From an uncultured Solirubrobacterales bacterium (GTDB taxonomy: Bacteria; Actinomycetota; Thermoleophilia; Solirubrobacterales; Solirubrobacteraceae): a DNA stretch of 64,000 nt. Shown piece after piece: positions 62,792 to 64,000 of the stretch. Both the position numbers and the translations under genes were made by a program. Below the pieces are notes generated by a model. That model was given only the letters and a program-made list of their open reading frames with translations. It did not search any database and was not told the DNA's origin. Within the stretch, counting starts at the first letter, position 1. Each line of letters starts with the position of its first letter. The stretch is taken from assembly GCA_963722995.1 (NCBI GenBank), contig CAVROW010000011.1, forward strand, positions 303,644-367,643. Direction: 5' to 3'.

Positions 62792-64000
62792 TCAACGCCT
62801 CAAGTCCGGATCGGCCCTGAGGAACTGCAGGGCGCCATTGCTGACGCCATAGGCGCCGTAGCTGCGCAGCGTGGTGTCGCCGCCTGAGTCGATGCTGTAG
62901 CGGCCGAGCGCACCCCGGCGGTTGCGCGTGGCGAACAGGGCGCGCAGCACCCGCGCGCGACTGGCGTGGTGGTGTCCGTTCCCGGTCGCCCGCGCGATGG
63001 CGTCCAGCAGCACGCTCATCGCCTCGTACCCGAGCACGGCATCCGGTTGCGGCGGGCCGAAGCGCCGCTCGTAGGCTGCGAGGAAGGCGCGATCGCCAGG
63101 CGGGGAGGCGGTCAGCATGATGCGGCCGTCGAGCGCGGATGGAATCCCGCCGCGGGCCGGGTCGATGTAGCTGGCCTCGGCCAGTCCCGCGGTCCCGAAC
63201 AGGAGCGCATTCGGCAGCGCTGCCGCCACCTGCTCGGTCAGGGGCACCGTGCCCGTCTCGCCGGCCGCGCTGATCAGGACGCAGTCGGCGCCGGACTGCG
63301 CGACGGTGCGGGCGAGCGAGGTGTAGTCGGTGGCGTGCGGATCGTAGGTCTGAACGCCCGCCAGCCGGAGATGCAGCGCCGGCGCCGTGAGCTGGAAGGC
63401 GGTGGCGGCGTCGGAGCCGTCGACGCTGCCGTCGTCGAGCACGAACGTCTCGTTGCAGCCGAGGCTCTGCTGGAGGCGGACCTGGGCCGCCGCCTGAACG
63501 GTGTCGTTCGGGGTCACGCGCGCGAACGTCCGGATCCCCGCCGGGTAGTACTTCTGCGGCTCTCCCGGCGAGGCGCCGGCCGCGCTCGAGGTCAGTCCGA
63601 CGGCCGTGCTCGCCGCGCTCACCTGGGGAATGCCCGCCCGGTTGAGGATCGGGATCGAGATCGCGCTGGCGCCCGAGTCGAGCTCGCCGATGTAGCCGAT
63701 CGTGCTCGGATTGGCCACGGCCGTTCGCGCATTGAGCGTGGTCTGGCCGGGATCCCAGCCGCCGCGCTTGAAGGTGGCGTCGTCGAGCGAGACGAGCACG
63801 ATCCGGTAGCGACCGATCCGCCCGTGCACCCGGCTGAGGGCGAGCCGCTCGCCGTCGACGATCGCGTTGCCCTCGTCGGCGGAGGCGCCATACAACGGCG
63901 CGCTCGAATAGATCGTCAGGGTGCGGCCGTCGATTCGGTCACCGGCCGGCGCGGCGGAACCGCCGCACCCGCTCACGCCGGCGAGCGCCCCGGCGAGCAA
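62792..64000 (-). CDS. Second LivK-like substrate-binding lipoprotein (start at or beyond the window edge)
   Basis: Lipobox VSGC; YSSAPLYG; GELDSGAS; FARVTP; GYEAM; IDSGGD. Confidence 0.85.
   Translation of the reverse strand: MLAGALAGVSGCGGSAAPAGDRIDGRTLTIYSSAPLYGASADEGNAIVDGERLALSRVHGRIGRYRIVLVSLDDATFKRGGWDPGQTTLNARTAVANPSTIGYIGELDSGASAISIPILNRAGIPQVSAASTAVGLTSSAAGASPGEPQKYYPAGIRTFARVTPNDTVQAAAQVRLQQSLGCNETFVLDDGSVDGSDAATAFQLTAPALHLRLAGVQTYDPHATDYTSLARTVAQSGADCVLISAAGETGTVPLTEQVAAALPNALLFGTAGLAEASYIDPARGGIPSALDGRIMLTASPPGDRAFLAAYERRFGPPQPDAVLGYEAMSVLLDAIARATGNGHHHASRARVLRALFATRNRRGALGRYSIDSGGDTTLRSYGAYGVSNGALQFLRADPDLRR

Overview
High-GC actinobacterial chromosomal DNA. Gene content and order (polA-rpsA-coaE-slt-uvrB-divIVA-uvrA; tsaE-tsaB-rimI-tsaD-grx-rex) suggest Thermoleophilia/Solirubrobacterales; this is an inference. 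Most of the window is core metabolism: tRNA-Gln(CTG), a pan operon, hppA, a Liv-type ABC system, polA, rpsA, uvrAB and malic enzyme. About 20 genes, including essential ones, carry small indels that are best read as long-read assembly errors. I saw no integrase, transposase, prophage or CRISPR array. The best novelty candidates are: (1) a TetR-controlled catabolic locus with two tandem Tat-exported flavin amine-oxidase-fold enzymes that have an altered aromatic cage, plus a PfkB kinase, class II aldolase, FAD/FeS D-lactate-dehydrogenase-like enzyme and a secreted beta-propeller; (2) a polybasic ...PAFTG-COOH tail on that beta-propeller, resembling a sortase motif with no membrane anchor; (3) a remodelled 4-TM FtsH paralog coupled to a Cys-containing membrane partner; (4) cis-elements: a pan-type hairpin with the probable start codon in its loop, an operator-like array inside the gene upstream of rex, and a terminator just after the putative hppA promoter. 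All assignments come from motif recognition by eye; no searches were run.
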